Positions 25,870 to 35,165 of a stretch of DNA of 64,000 bases are shown one piece after another (the stretch's first letter is position 1; each line of letters begins with the position of its first letter). This DNA is from Kiritimatiellia bacterium (lineage in GTDB: Bacteria; Verrucomicrobiota; Kiritimatiellia; RFP12; UBA1067). The stretch is taken from NCBI GenBank assembly GCA_034003585.1, contig JAVEYH010000004.1:16488-80487 (forward strand). Reading direction: 5' to 3'. Position numbers and translations under genes: made by a program. Below the pieces are notes generated by a model, which saw only the letters and a program-made list of their open reading frames with translations, was not told where the DNA came from and did no database searches.

Positions 25870-28620
25870 TCAATGCCGTCCCGGCAACCCCTGTTCGCGC
25901 ACGCCCGGCGCCTCGGTCACCGGCCACGTGGCGCGCAGCCGGTCCTGATATAAGCCGATCCGCTCCACCGGGATCGGCTTGAAGCCGAGTTTGAAGGCGG
26001 GCGACTCCGGCCTGAGCCGGTAGTCGTCCCGGTCCGGATCGACAAACAGCGGATCCGCGAGGATCGAGCGGGTGTCGAATCCCGCGGCCTGCCACCCCGA
26101 CCACTCATCCATCAACTCCGCCTCCCGCAGCTCGGCCCCGTCCAGCCAGACCGGGCCTTTGCCGTTAAAGGCCGTCACCCGCAGACAGAGCGTCTTCAGC
26201 GCCGGGTCGTATCCCGGTTCGCCCGCGCCGGGCAGGCGGAAACAGAACGTGTGGCACGCCCACTCCGGACCGGCGGGAACATGCTTTTCGTGGACATGCC
26301 AGGAGCGGTTGGTCCCGCGCGCCCGGTCGGTTTCCGCCATCAGCCGCACCGGGGTGTCGCGCCGCAGCGCCCGCGTTTGGATCCGGCATTGGTACGCGGC
26401 GCCGGCCCTCACCGGCACCGGAGCGCTCGACAGGGTGACCCATCCCCGTGTGCGTTGAATCCCGCCGGTGGGCGCGAGGGCGGTGAGGCACACGGCGCGC
26501 GCGCCCGCCGCGCGCGTCCCGCTCGTCAGGGCCGCGCCGCCCCCGAAGGGCATGAGGCCGCTGACCTCCCATCCCTGCGGCGCGCCGTTCGTGCCGGCCG
26601 CCTCGAATCCGGGATTCGTAAGCAGATTCGGCCCGCGCACGGATGCGGCCTGCAGCCAGCCGGTCCGGGGCGTGTGTCCGCCGTGCCAGATGAGATTGCG
26701 GTCGAACACGTTCTCCTGCGGAAAGTCGTTCCGGCTCAACCGGTACAGCGCGGACGCCGGGTCCCGATAGGCGATGATGTTGCGTTCAAACCGGTTGCCC
26801 GACATGCGCCAGGCGGTTTCCAGCTCCATCTTGCCGATTTCCGGAATCTTCGCGTAGGCGGGCAGGCCGCGAAACCGCGCGAAGGTCTGCAGATGGCGCG
26901 TGACCACGTCCGAAGACGGGTCATGGCCGGAGAAGGTGACCTGCCGCAAGCCGTGTTCGACGAGGATGTTGTTTTCGATACGGTTATCGCGTCCGGCATG
27001 GACAAACACGCCGCCGAGCGCCGAACGCGCCAAAATGTTGCCGTACACCCGCGTGCCGCTGTGATCATCGTCCAGATAGATGCAGCACGAACTGTGCGGC
27101 CAGCCCCAGGTGCCGTCCGCATGCCGACCGTACCCCATCACGTCATGAATGAAATTGTGGCGGATGACCTGCCCCCGGATGTGCCAGTTGCCGCCGTTGT
27201 AGTAGCCGCCGGTATCTTCGGTCTCCAGATTCGTGTGCCGGATGTGGTTGTACTCGACCAGGCAGTCATTGCCGCCGCCGTAGATGCCGCTGCGCGTGGT
27301 GTCGTGAATCAGGTTGTGCGAAACGCGCAGCCCGACACCCCGCATCACCACTCCCGCGGCATGGCCGTTCAGGGCGCCGACATGATGGATGTAGTTGTTG
27401 TCCACGACATGCCCAGCCGGCGCGAGGGTCTCCGGGTCGCCCCCGGCGATCACAATTCCCTGGCCGCAGGTGTCCCACACGTCATTGCCGATTACCGCGC
27501 AGGCCTTTCCTTCCTCGATCCGGACAGCGGCGTACCCGCCGATCCCGTGAATGCGGTTGCCGGCGATCAGGCAGTTGGTCGCGGCCGTGACCGTGACGCC
27601 ATACCCGTCACATTCGGCGATCTCGAAACCGCGCAGGGTGATCCACGCCGCGCCGGGGTTGATCCGGATCAGATCCCCGATGACCGGCACGCGGATCTCG
27701 GCGCCGTCCAAGGGGCCGGGGGGCCAGAAATAAAGCCGGTTGGCCGCCGCATCGTGGTACCACTCGCCCGGCGCGTCCAACTCCTCGAACAGGCCGCGCA
27801 CATAATAGCGGTCGCCCGGCCGGATCGTTTGCGACGCCTGCGAAACAATATCGCGTGTCAGCGTGATCTGCCGCCGCGCCGCATCAACCGACCGGATCGG
27901 CACCCGGCCGCTGCGCCAGTTGTAGCGGGGGAAGAGAATTACCTCTCCCTCCTGGGGCCGGGCCCAGCTCCGCCAGTCCCCGGGTTTGCAGGTGACCACG
28001 CGCCGCGTCTCATTCGGGAGGGTCGCGGACTTGCGCACGGGGTCGCCCGCCACATACGCGAACCCGCCGCCGTGCGGGTTGGCGGGATCGGCATTCGGAT
28101 AGCGGGCGAGCGGTTGCCGCGTCCCGCAGAAAAAGAGCTGGCTGAGCCGCGCGCCCGCGGGCAACGGCAGCGTCAGCGGGGCCTGCAGGACTTTTCCCGC
28201 ATGCGGCTCGAACCCCGTCACCCGGCGGGCGCCCGAGAGCAGGGGCCGTTCACCCGTTTCGGCGCGGTACACCACCGGCGCCTCCGCCGTGCCGCCATCC
28301 TCTGCCGACAGCTCGAAGGTTTGCGACAGCGCAAAACACCCGCCGCGCACAATGACCGCCGCACCGCCCGCGGGCAGGCCGCCCGCGATCCGCGCCGCGC
28401 GGATCGCGTCCCGCGCGCGCTCCAAGGATGCGAAGGGGCGCACCCGGGTTCCCGGATTGGCGTCCGAACCGTCCGGCGCCACATAAAAACAGAGCGCGGG
28501 CTCGGGGGCCTCCGCAACCGCGGCGGCGTCCTGCGGGGAATGCCGGCAGCCCGCCACCATCAGACACGCCAGAAAACCGGCACCGACACCCGGACAGAGA
28601 AAGCCTGGCTTCCGCAGCAT
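25870..28620 (-). CDS. Right-handed beta-helix lipoprotein (pectate-lyase fold) with internal CBM4/9-like module
   Basis: ATG 28620 with GGGAGG SD. Lipobox LMVAGC. PbH1 repeats (NCLIAGNRIHG, NDVWDTCGQGIVIAGG, SHNLIHDT). Mid-section NPGFEAAGTNGAPQGWEV. C-terminal DPLFVDPDRDDYRLRPESPAFKLGFKPIPVERIGLY is shared with 46622..48766. Confidence 0.75.
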   Translation of the reverse strand: MLRKPGFLCPGVGAGFLACLMVAGCRHSPQDAAAVAEAPEPALCFYVAPDGSDANPGTRVRPFASLERARDAIRAARIAGGLPAGGAAVIVRGGCFALSQTFELSAEDGGTAEAPVVYRAETGERPLLSGARRVTGFEPHAGKVLQAPLTLPLPAGARLSQLFFCGTRQPLARYPNADPANPHGGGFAYVAGDPVRKSATLPNETRRVVTCKPGDWRSWARPQEGEVILFPRYNWRSGRVPIRSVDAARRQITLTRDIVSQASQTIRPGDRYYVRGLFEELDAPGEWYHDAAANRLYFWPPGPLDGAEIRVPVIGDLIRINPGAAWITLRGFEIAECDGYGVTVTAATNCLIAGNRIHGIGGYAAVRIEEGKACAVIGNDVWDTCGQGIVIAGGDPETLAPAGHVVDNNYIHHVGALNGHAAGVVMRGVGLRVSHNLIHDTTRSGIYGGGNDCLVEYNHIRHTNLETEDTGGYYNGGNWHIRGQVIRHNFIHDVMGYGRHADGTWGWPHSSCCIYLDDDHSGTRVYGNILARSALGGVFVHAGRDNRIENNILVEHGLRQVTFSGHDPSSDVVTRHLQTFARFRGLPAYAKIPEIGKMELETAWRMSGNRFERNIIAYRDPASALYRLSRNDFPQENVFDRNLIWHGGHTPRTGWLQAASVRGPNLLTNPGFEAAGTNGAPQGWEVSGLMPFGGGAALTSGTRAAGARAVCLTALAPTGGIQRTRGWVTLSSAPVPVRAGAAYQCRIQTRALRRDTPVRLMAETDRARGTNRSWHVHEKHVPAGPEWACHTFCFRLPGAGEPGYDPALKTLCLRVTAFNGKGPVWLDGAELREAELMDEWSGWQAAGFDTRSILADPLFVDPDRDDYRLRPESPAFKLGFKPIPVERIGLYQDRLRATWPVTEAPGVREQGLPGRH

Positions 28621-28633
28621 ACACGCCTCCCGT

Positions 28634-30031
28634 TCAGACCGCGAGCGACCAGGGTTTGCGGTAGGCCACCCCCAGCAGACGATCCGCCTCCGGATCGTTC
28701 AGGAACCGTTCCGCAACCGGATCCCATTTGAGGGTCTTGCGCCCGAGACGCAGTCCGATGTTCGCCAGGTGCGCGATGGTGATCGTGCGGTGGCCGGTCT
28801 CGCACGGCGAGATCACCGGTTTGCCGGTCAGGATCCCCTCGATGAAATTCCGCTCGTGGTTGCCGCTCACGTAGAGCTTCACCTCGTCATCGCGGATTTT
28901 CTCGCGGATCATCTCGGCCGGCGTGGTCTCCAATTTCCCGGCGCACACATACAGCTTCCGGTCGTTCTCGCCGTGGAATCGGAGAAAGCGGTTCTGCTTC
29001 TCGCCGAACTCCGTGGAGGCGTGGACGCGCGTGCCGTCGGCATACACGATCTCAAAGCTGTATCGGGGCGCGACATTGTAGAGGCTCTCCGGCCGGTCCA
29101 GCTCGCCCCAGAGGTTCTCGATCGCGACCGGCCCGGTCTCATCCGTTCCCAAAGCCCATTGGAGCACATCGATGAAGTGCGCCCCGTGATCGGTCAGCAT
29201 GCCGCCGCCGTAGTCGAAGTTGTTGCGCCACTGCATCGGCAGATGCAGCTTCGGAATGTACGGGCGGACCGGCGCGGGGCCGAGCCAGAGGTCGAAATCC
29301 ACATAGGGCGGCGGCTGGGGCCAGGGCGTTTCGCTGAGCTGCGCCTCGGTTTTGCCGAAGGTCCGCAACGTGCCCGGAAGCCCCAGTTCGATCTTGTGCA
29401 GCCTGCCGAGACGACGGTTGCGGATGAACTCCGCCGCGATCCGGCGGTACGGGTCGCTCGAACGGCCCTGCGAGCCGGTCTGGAACACGACCCCGTGCTT
29501 CCGGACCGCCTCGCACAGGGCCCGCCCCTCCGCCACACTGTTCGCCAGCGGCTTCTGCCCGTAGATGTGCTTGCCTTTGCGCGCCGCCCAGATTCCGATC
29601 AGCGCGTGCCAGTGGTCCGGAGTGGTCACGCACACCGCGTCCAGTCCGCGGTCATCGAGCATCTCCCGGAAATCCGCGAACGCGCGGCAGCCGTTGTAGC
29701 CGGCCTTGCCCTCTCGCTCCGCGTAAAACGCATTCACCTGGCGCCGTCCCGGTTCGCGCCCGCCGGGCATTTCCGCCTTGTATCCGTAACACGGGCCTTC
29801 CGACACCGGATCGCAGACTGAGACCACCTGCACGTTGTCCAGGTTCAGGAAATTCTTGAGGTTGGCGTTCAGCCCCATCACGCCGCACCCGATCAGACCG
29901 AGCGTGACGCGGCCGGACGGCACGGGCCGTTTGGCCGCGCGTCCTTTGTAGGCGACGCACCCCGACGGAATCACAACCGGCGCCGCCAGCGCCCAACCCG
30001 TTCCGGCCTTGAGAAATGCCCGACGCCTCAT
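28634..30031 (-). CDS. TAT-secreted Gfo/Idh/MocA-family oxidoreductase
   Basis: ATG 30031 with AAGGGGA SD. Twin-arginine signal MRRRAFLKAGTGWALAA. Rossmann fold LGLIGCGVMG. Typical Gfo/Idh/MocA C-domain. Confidence 0.85.
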   Translation of the reverse strand: MRRRAFLKAGTGWALAAPVVIPSGCVAYKGRAAKRPVPSGRVTLGLIGCGVMGLNANLKNFLNLDNVQVVSVCDPVSEGPCYGYKAEMPGGREPGRRQVNAFYAEREGKAGYNGCRAFADFREMLDDRGLDAVCVTTPDHWHALIGIWAARKGKHIYGQKPLANSVAEGRALCEAVRKHGVVFQTGSQGRSSDPYRRIAAEFIRNRRLGRLHKIELGLPGTLRTFGKTEAQLSETPWPQPPPYVDFDLWLGPAPVRPYIPKLHLPMQWRNNFDYGGGMLTDHGAHFIDVLQWALGTDETGPVAIENLWGELDRPESLYNVAPRYSFEIVYADGTRVHASTEFGEKQNRFLRFHGENDRKLYVCAGKLETTPAEMIREKIRDDEVKLYVSGNHERNFIEGILTGKPVISPCETGHRTITIAHLANIGLRLGRKTLKWDPVAERFLNDPEADRLLGVAYRKPWSLAV

Positions 30032-30213
30032 CGTCCGTCCCCTTTCATTCAAATTACGTTCATGCGTCACCCCCCCGTTCGGGAGGTCCCTTTGACAACC
30101 AATAAGCACTGTACCGGAGAGGAGGGAAAGCCGCAATTTCTAAAAACCGCGTTTGACTTATGTTTTCGCGACATCTTTTTTTTGCGCTTGCAATCAACCC
30201 CGAATCCGGGAAA

Positions 30214-31443
30214 ATGGCCTTTGTGATTAAAACCATCCGCATCACCGTGCCGCAGGTGGCCGTACTGCTGGAAACGTCACACGGCGTTTCCCGCATGGAG
30301 TTGCAGGGCATTCTGAAATACGCGCGGGTGCACGGGCCGTGGAGCATCCATAACACGCTGGGGGGCACCCGCGACCTGAAGGTGCCGGACCTGCGCCATT
30401 GGAAAGGCGACGGCATCATCGGCCGCGTCACGACCGGCGCCATCGCGCGCGACATCCTCGCCTCGCGACTGCCGGCCGTGCTGTTCAACCCGGGCGAACC
30501 GTTCCTGAACCGCGCGCACCCGCTCTCGAAATGCAGCCGCACCCGCAGCGACAATGTGGCGATCGGACGGTTGGCGGCCGAATATTTCATGCGGCGCGGC
30601 TTCGCGCAGTACGCCTACGTCGGCGAGCCGGGAGGCATCAGTTGGTCCGTATGGCGCCAGGAGGCGTATGCGGCCCGGCTGGAGGAGGCGGGGCATTGCT
30701 GCCTCGCCTATCCCCTGCCGCCGAGAACCCGAAAGGCCTGGGACATCGAGCGAACGCTCCTCTGCGCCTGGCTGCGGCGGCTGCCGAAACCGGTGGCGGT
30801 TTTCGCGGCCAACGACCGCCGCGCGCAGCAGGTGCTCGACGCGTGCCTTGTCTCGGATATCGCGGTCCCGTACGAGGCGGCCGTGCTGGGCGTCACCAAC
30901 GACCTGCTGATCTGCGAGACCTCGATCCCGCCGCTCTCCAGCATCGCCCTCGATACCGAGCGGGCGGGATATGAGGCGGCCCGCATGCTGGACGAGCGGA
31001 TGCACAACCCGCGCATTCCCCGTGAGGTCTTCACTTACGGGCCGACCGGTGTGGTCACGCGCGCGTCGACCGAAGACCTGCGCGTGTCGGACAAACTGGT
31101 GATCCGCGCCCTGGAGTTCATCCGCGTCAACGGCGGACTGATGATCCGCGTCCCGGATGTCGCCGACCAACTGGGCGTCACCTGCCGCTGCCTCGAGCGC
31201 CGCTTCGCGCGAACGGTCGGGCAGTCGGTCCACGAGACGATCCAGCACGCCCGGCTCACCTCGGTCTGCGCGATGCTGACGGAAACCGACCTGCCGCTTG
31301 CCGCGATCTCGAAGCGCTGCGGCTTCACCCTGCCGAACCACCTCTGCACCCTGTTCAAAACCCGGTTCGGCCTGACCATGCGCGAGTACCGCAAGCGCGA
31401 GCAGGCGCGGGCCGCCAACCACCCCCCCCTGCCCAGCACATGA
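30214..31443 (+). CDS. XylR-like transcriptional regulator (periplasmic-binding-protein-like sugar-sensing domain + AraC-type HTH)
   Basis: ATG 30214 (MAFVIKTIRITVPQ…). C-terminal AraC HTH (IRVPDVADQLGVTCRCLERRFARTVGQSVHETIQHARLTSVCAMLTETDLPLAAISKRCGF). Divergent from the oxidoreductase gene. Confidence 0.8.
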   Translation: MAFVIKTIRITVPQVAVLLETSHGVSRMELQGILKYARVHGPWSIHNTLGGTRDLKVPDLRHWKGDGIIGRVTTGAIARDILASRLPAVLFNPGEPFLNRAHPLSKCSRTRSDNVAIGRLAAEYFMRRGFAQYAYVGEPGGISWSVWRQEAYAARLEEAGHCCLAYPLPPRTRKAWDIERTLLCAWLRRLPKPVAVFAANDRRAQQVLDACLVSDIAVPYEAAVLGVTNDLLICETSIPPLSSIALDTERAGYEAARMLDERMHNPRIPREVFTYGPTGVVTRASTEDLRVSDKLVIRALEFIRVNGGLMIRVPDVADQLGVTCRCLERRFARTVGQSVHETIQHARLTSVCAMLTETDLPLAAISKRCGFTLPNHLCTLFKTRFGLTMREYRKREQARAANHPPLPST

Positions 31444-31641
31444 CGGCTCGGCAAACCGTTGCCGCCCCTTCCCGCAGGGTGTCACAACTCCTCATTCCTC
31501 CTTCCTCGTTCCCGGTTTCCGTTCACGTACAGCAATTCTCATTATGGCCTTTTCCCCGGAATCGCTATCGGGATCGAAATCGATGAACCCCGCCTGGAAC
31601 ACCGGCTTCCCCAGATCCCGCGCGTTTGCTATGATGCGGCC

Positions 31642-33243
31642 ATGTTGCGTTCCTTCCTGGCTGGCGCCGCGTTCCTGCTGACGTGCCTTTCCGCGTCCGG
31701 AGCGGCGGCGCGGTTCACGCCCCCCCGGAACTACCCGAACATCGGGCTGGAATTGCCGGGCCTCGATGCGGCGCGGGCCGATCCCGTGCCGATGCCGCAG
31801 GCGCAGACCTTTCTGTTCGCCGGCGACGGCACGCTGTCGCGCGAAGACCGCTTTCAGCCGTTCGAACTCTGGTACGGAGCGCAGTGTTGCGCGCGGTGGC
31901 GTGATGCGGCGGGCAACCGGCTCGTCCTCGGACGCGCCACCCGCCGGTTGCCGGCTTTTGCCGAAGAGACCGTTTCGCGTGAACGCTTCGAACAGGCACT
32001 GCGGGCCGGGGCCGGCAGCGGGGAAATCCGCGACCGCGAGACGCTCAACGAATGGGTCGCGACCTTCGCGGACACCCCGGTTTACGAGCCCGAGCCTTTG
32101 CGGCTGAACGCCTTCGCGCTGGACGAGGTCCTGTTCTATCCCTGCGGGGAGGCGGAGAAACTCGTCTACGCCTTCCTTCCCCGCCGCCGGGGCGCTGCCG
32201 CCCGGCCCGACTGGTTCTGCGTCACGTTCCACGCGCCCGGCGCGACTGACCCCAACGCGCTGCGCGAGCACTTCGAGGCGGCGTTCCTCTGTTCAATCAG
32301 CCAGCCCTCGCGCGCGGAGGCGGACCAGGGGCCACAGGCGGAAGAACTGGAGATCCGCGGCCCCGAGGGCGCGCGCCTCCCTGACCTGACGGACCATCCC
32401 GTGCGCCGCGAGGCGCGCAAGAGCGTGGAGAATTACGGCGACTGGTGGTTCGCGGAGACCGGGGACGCCATGATCCTGTCCGATGCCGACACCGATCTCG
32501 GCAAGCGCCTGATCCAGACGCTGCAGGAGACGCTCCCCCCGCTGCGGCAGGCGTTCGCCCAACTGGTGCCGCCCCTCACGCGCGACCGCGACATCGCCCT
32601 GCTGCGCCTCTTCCAGCGGCGTCCCGACTACGCGCACTACACCGGTCCGGCGTACGCGTGGACCGGCGGCATGTGGATGCCCGGACGGCGCGAGCTGGTG
32701 TTGCCGCTGGACGCCGACCCCCAAGCCATCCTGCGCACGGTGCGGCACGAGTCCTTTCACCAGTACCTCTCGTTCGCCTACGGCATGGTGCCCGCCGCGC
32801 CCTGGTTCAATGAGGGCCACGCCTGTTTTTTCGAGAACGCCCGCACGGATGCGGAGGGGCGCGTGATCCTCGATGAGGACACCGACCGCGTCTTCCTGCT
32901 GCTGGACCATCTCGATACGGCGCTCACCCTCCTGCCCCACCTGCTGCACGCCTCCTACGAGGAGTTCTACGCCGGTCTCAGCACCGGCCGCCGCCTGAAG
33001 TACGCCATGGCGTGGGCTCTGGTCTACTACCTGCAGAAGGGCGCGCCGACCGAACGCAACACGCCCTTTCAGCAGATCCTGCCGGCGTATGCCGACGCGC
33101 TGGCGCGCGAGCTGGACGGCGCGAAGGCCACCGAGGCGGCTTTCGCCGGAGTGGATATGGCCGTTTTCCTCGACACCTTCCGCGAGTTCTGGTTGAAACG
33201 GCGCGGCACCGCCATGCGCTACGACCCGCTGCAACAACGTTGA
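31642..33243 (+). CDS. Secreted putative gluzincin metallopeptidase (HExxH…NEG motif, M1-like minimal core)
   Basis: ATG 31642. Signal peptide MLRSFLAGAAFLLTCLSASGAAA. HESFHQYLSFAYGMVPAAPWFNEGHA has the same spacing as the M1 HExxH-(x)18-E signature (HELAHQWFGN…WLNEGFA). Confidence 0.5.
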   Translation: MLRSFLAGAAFLLTCLSASGAAARFTPPRNYPNIGLELPGLDAARADPVPMPQAQTFLFAGDGTLSREDRFQPFELWYGAQCCARWRDAAGNRLVLGRATRRLPAFAEETVSRERFEQALRAGAGSGEIRDRETLNEWVATFADTPVYEPEPLRLNAFALDEVLFYPCGEAEKLVYAFLPRRRGAAARPDWFCVTFHAPGATDPNALREHFEAAFLCSISQPSRAEADQGPQAEELEIRGPEGARLPDLTDHPVRREARKSVENYGDWWFAETGDAMILSDADTDLGKRLIQTLQETLPPLRQAFAQLVPPLTRDRDIALLRLFQRRPDYAHYTGPAYAWTGGMWMPGRRELVLPLDADPQAILRTVRHESFHQYLSFAYGMVPAAPWFNEGHACFFENARTDAEGRVILDEDTDRVFLLLDHLDTALTLLPHLLHASYEEFYAGLSTGRRLKYAMAWALVYYLQKGAPTERNTPFQQILPAYADALARELDGAKATEAAFAGVDMAVFLDTFREFWLKRRGTAMRYDPLQQR

Positions 33244-33362
33244 GATTTTCATTTGCGCGGCCCGGCGGCCATCCGCTATCATACCCCCATTCATCAACGG
33301 TTCCGGCGTGACGGCCGCCCGCATGCGCGCGGGATCCGGCACGGCCACCCAAGGAGGACATC

Positions 33363-33533
33363 ATGGCTTATCAGATCACAGACAAGTGCGTGGCGTGCGG
33401 ACTCTGCAAAGACGCGTGCCCGGTGGAGGCGATCAGCGAAGGCGCCCCGATCTACACGATCGACGCCGACAAGTGCATCGACTGCGGCGCCTGCGCGGGC
33501 GAGTGCCCGAACGAGGCGATCATCGCGGGCTGA
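33363..33533 (+). CDS. 2[4Fe-4S] ferredoxin, 56 aa (not in ORF track)
   Basis: AAGGAGGA SD 6 nt before ATG 33363. Translation MAYQITDKCVACGLCKDACPVEAISEGAPIYTIDADKCIDCGACAGECPNEAIIAG has two CxxCxxCxxxCP motifs. TGA at 33531-33533. Confidence 0.8.
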   Translation: MAYQITDKCVACGLCKDACPVEAISEGAPIYTIDADKCIDCGACAGECPNEAIIAG

Positions 33534-33565
33534 TTTCCGCGCGGATTGGGTCGGACAACAAGGGC

Positions 33566-33600
33566 GGCAGGTCTATCCTGCCGTCTTTTTTTTCGTTTTT
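33566..33600 (+). terminator. Rho-independent terminator after the ferredoxin gene
   Basis: Stem CGGCAGG(33566-33572)/CCTGCCG(33578-33584), loop TCTAT, followed by tcttttttttcgttttt. Confidence 0.6.
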
Positions 33601-33677
33601 TCCGGGGTTCCTCCGCGGGGTTTCCCCTTGAACCGGAGGGAACGACACGCTACGCTATCGGCCATCGGGTCTTCGTT

Positions 33678-35165
33678 ATGCGGTACGCGATCGTTTCCGA
33701 CATCCACGCGAATTTCACGGCCTGGCGGACCGTGCTGGCCGACATCGCCGACATCCGGGCGGATCAGATCATCTGCCTCGGCGACGTGGTGGGGTATGGC
33801 CCGCAGCCTGTGGCCGTGCTGGAGTCGGTTTACCGGACCGTGCATGTGACGCTGATGGGCAACCACGACGCGGCGGTCTGCGGCCGGCTGGATCCCGGGC
33901 TGTTCCAGCCGCATGCCCGCGCCGCCGTGCTGCGCCACCGCGCGCAACTTTCCGCCGCGGGCATCGCGTGGCTCGAACGGCTCCCGCTGGTCCTGACCGC
34001 GCCGGAGTTCCGTTGCGCGCATGGGGACTTCTCCAACCCGCCCGCCTTTTACTACATCCTCGACGAGCAGGACGCGTGCCCGTCGTGGCAGGCCACGCGG
34101 GAACCGCTGCTCTTCGCGGGACACACCCATCTGCCGGGCATCCATGTCAGCGGACCGAGCGGGCGGGCCCATTTTTTGGAACCCCGCGACTTCACGCTCG
34201 AACCGGGAAAACGGTATATCGTCAATCCGGGCAGTGTGGGGTATCCGCGAACAGGGCCGTTCCGTTCCTCCTACTGCCTGTACGACGATCAGGCCGGGAC
34301 CGTCGTGTTCCGCCAGCTCCCGTTCGACGATGAGGCCTACCGCGCGGCCCTGCGCGAGGCGGGCCTGGAAGGCGCGCCATGGCTGGAGCGGTTGGCGTTG
34401 CGCCGTCACCGTCCCGCGGTCCGCGCGCGGCTCTCCTTCGCGAACCCGGTCACGGCGAGCCAATCGGGGCGACTGTCCGCGTGCCGTCGCGGTGCGGCGG
34501 CACGGGCCGCGCGCCGCCTCGCGTTCGGTCTTCTGGTGTTCGGGGCCGCGGGAACCGGGGGCCGCCTCGCCTTCCGTGCCGGACACTCCGCGGCCGAAGC
34601 CCCCCCCATGATGCCGGACTTCGAGCTGCCGGTACGGGCCGCCGAGCCCCTGATGTTCTCCGGAGAGAACCTGCTGCCGCCGTTGCCGGAGTCCATCGCC
34701 CCGGACCGACGGCTCGACGGGTGGCGCTACGCCTTGGAGGAGCGCGGCCGGCAGACGCTTGCCCTCGGACTGCGCGACGGCGGGCTCACGCTGGTGGTGC
34801 GGCATGACGGCACCCGGCGTTTCCAGTTGGAATCCCCGCTGATCGATCTGGCGGGGACCCGGATCACGGCTGTGCGCCTGGCCGCGCGCGTGCGGAAACC
34901 CGGGCCGTTCGCGGGGTCCGCCACCGTCCAACTGGTCACCTACACCCGTCTGCCGCATGACCTGCTGCAGCGGGGCCGCACCGAACAGTACGAGTTGCGC
35001 ACCGCGCGGCGCCGACTCGCGCCGCCCGGGGCCGAACGCAATGTGCGGATCCGGCTCGGCCGCGCCGTCACACATGTGCGTTTCCGTGTGGAGGCCACCT
35101 TCGACGGGGTTCTGGAAATCGAACAGCCCTCCCTTCGCGCGGAACCGGAAGGACACACACCATGA
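33678..35165 (+). CDS. PPP-family (ApaH/PrpE-like) metallophosphoesterase with C-terminal TM segment and ~250-aa domain of unknown function
   Basis: ATG 33678. Motifs SDIHAN, GDVVGYGPQP and GNHD, in the same order as the ApaH GDxHG/GDxVxRG/GNHD(E) motifs. Hydrophobic segment LAFGLLVFGAAGTGG. The beta-rich C-terminal region has no recognisable motif. Confidence 0.65.
   Translation: MRYAIVSDIHANFTAWRTVLADIADIRADQIICLGDVVGYGPQPVAVLESVYRTVHVTLMGNHDAAVCGRLDPGLFQPHARAAVLRHRAQLSAAGIAWLERLPLVLTAPEFRCAHGDFSNPPAFYYILDEQDACPSWQATREPLLFAGHTHLPGIHVSGPSGRAHFLEPRDFTLEPGKRYIVNPGSVGYPRTGPFRSSYCLYDDQAGTVVFRQLPFDDEAYRAALREAGLEGAPWLERLALRRHRPAVRARLSFANPVTASQSGRLSACRRGAAARAARRLAFGLLVFGAAGTGGRLAFRAGHSAAEAPPMMPDFELPVRAAEPLMFSGENLLPPLPESIAPDRRLDGWRYALEERGRQTLALGLRDGGLTLVVRHDGTRRFQLESPLIDLAGTRITAVRLAARVRKPGPFAGSATVQLVTYTRLPHDLLQRGRTEQYELRTARRRLAPPGAERNVRIRLGRAVTHVRFRVEATFDGVLEIEQPSLRAEPEGHTP

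Noticed and set aside
33308-33631. 107-aa + ORF from the track overlapping the ferredoxin locus
   Set aside because: Different frame from the SD-led 56-aa ferredoxin. Its translation is Arg/Gly-rich low-complexity.
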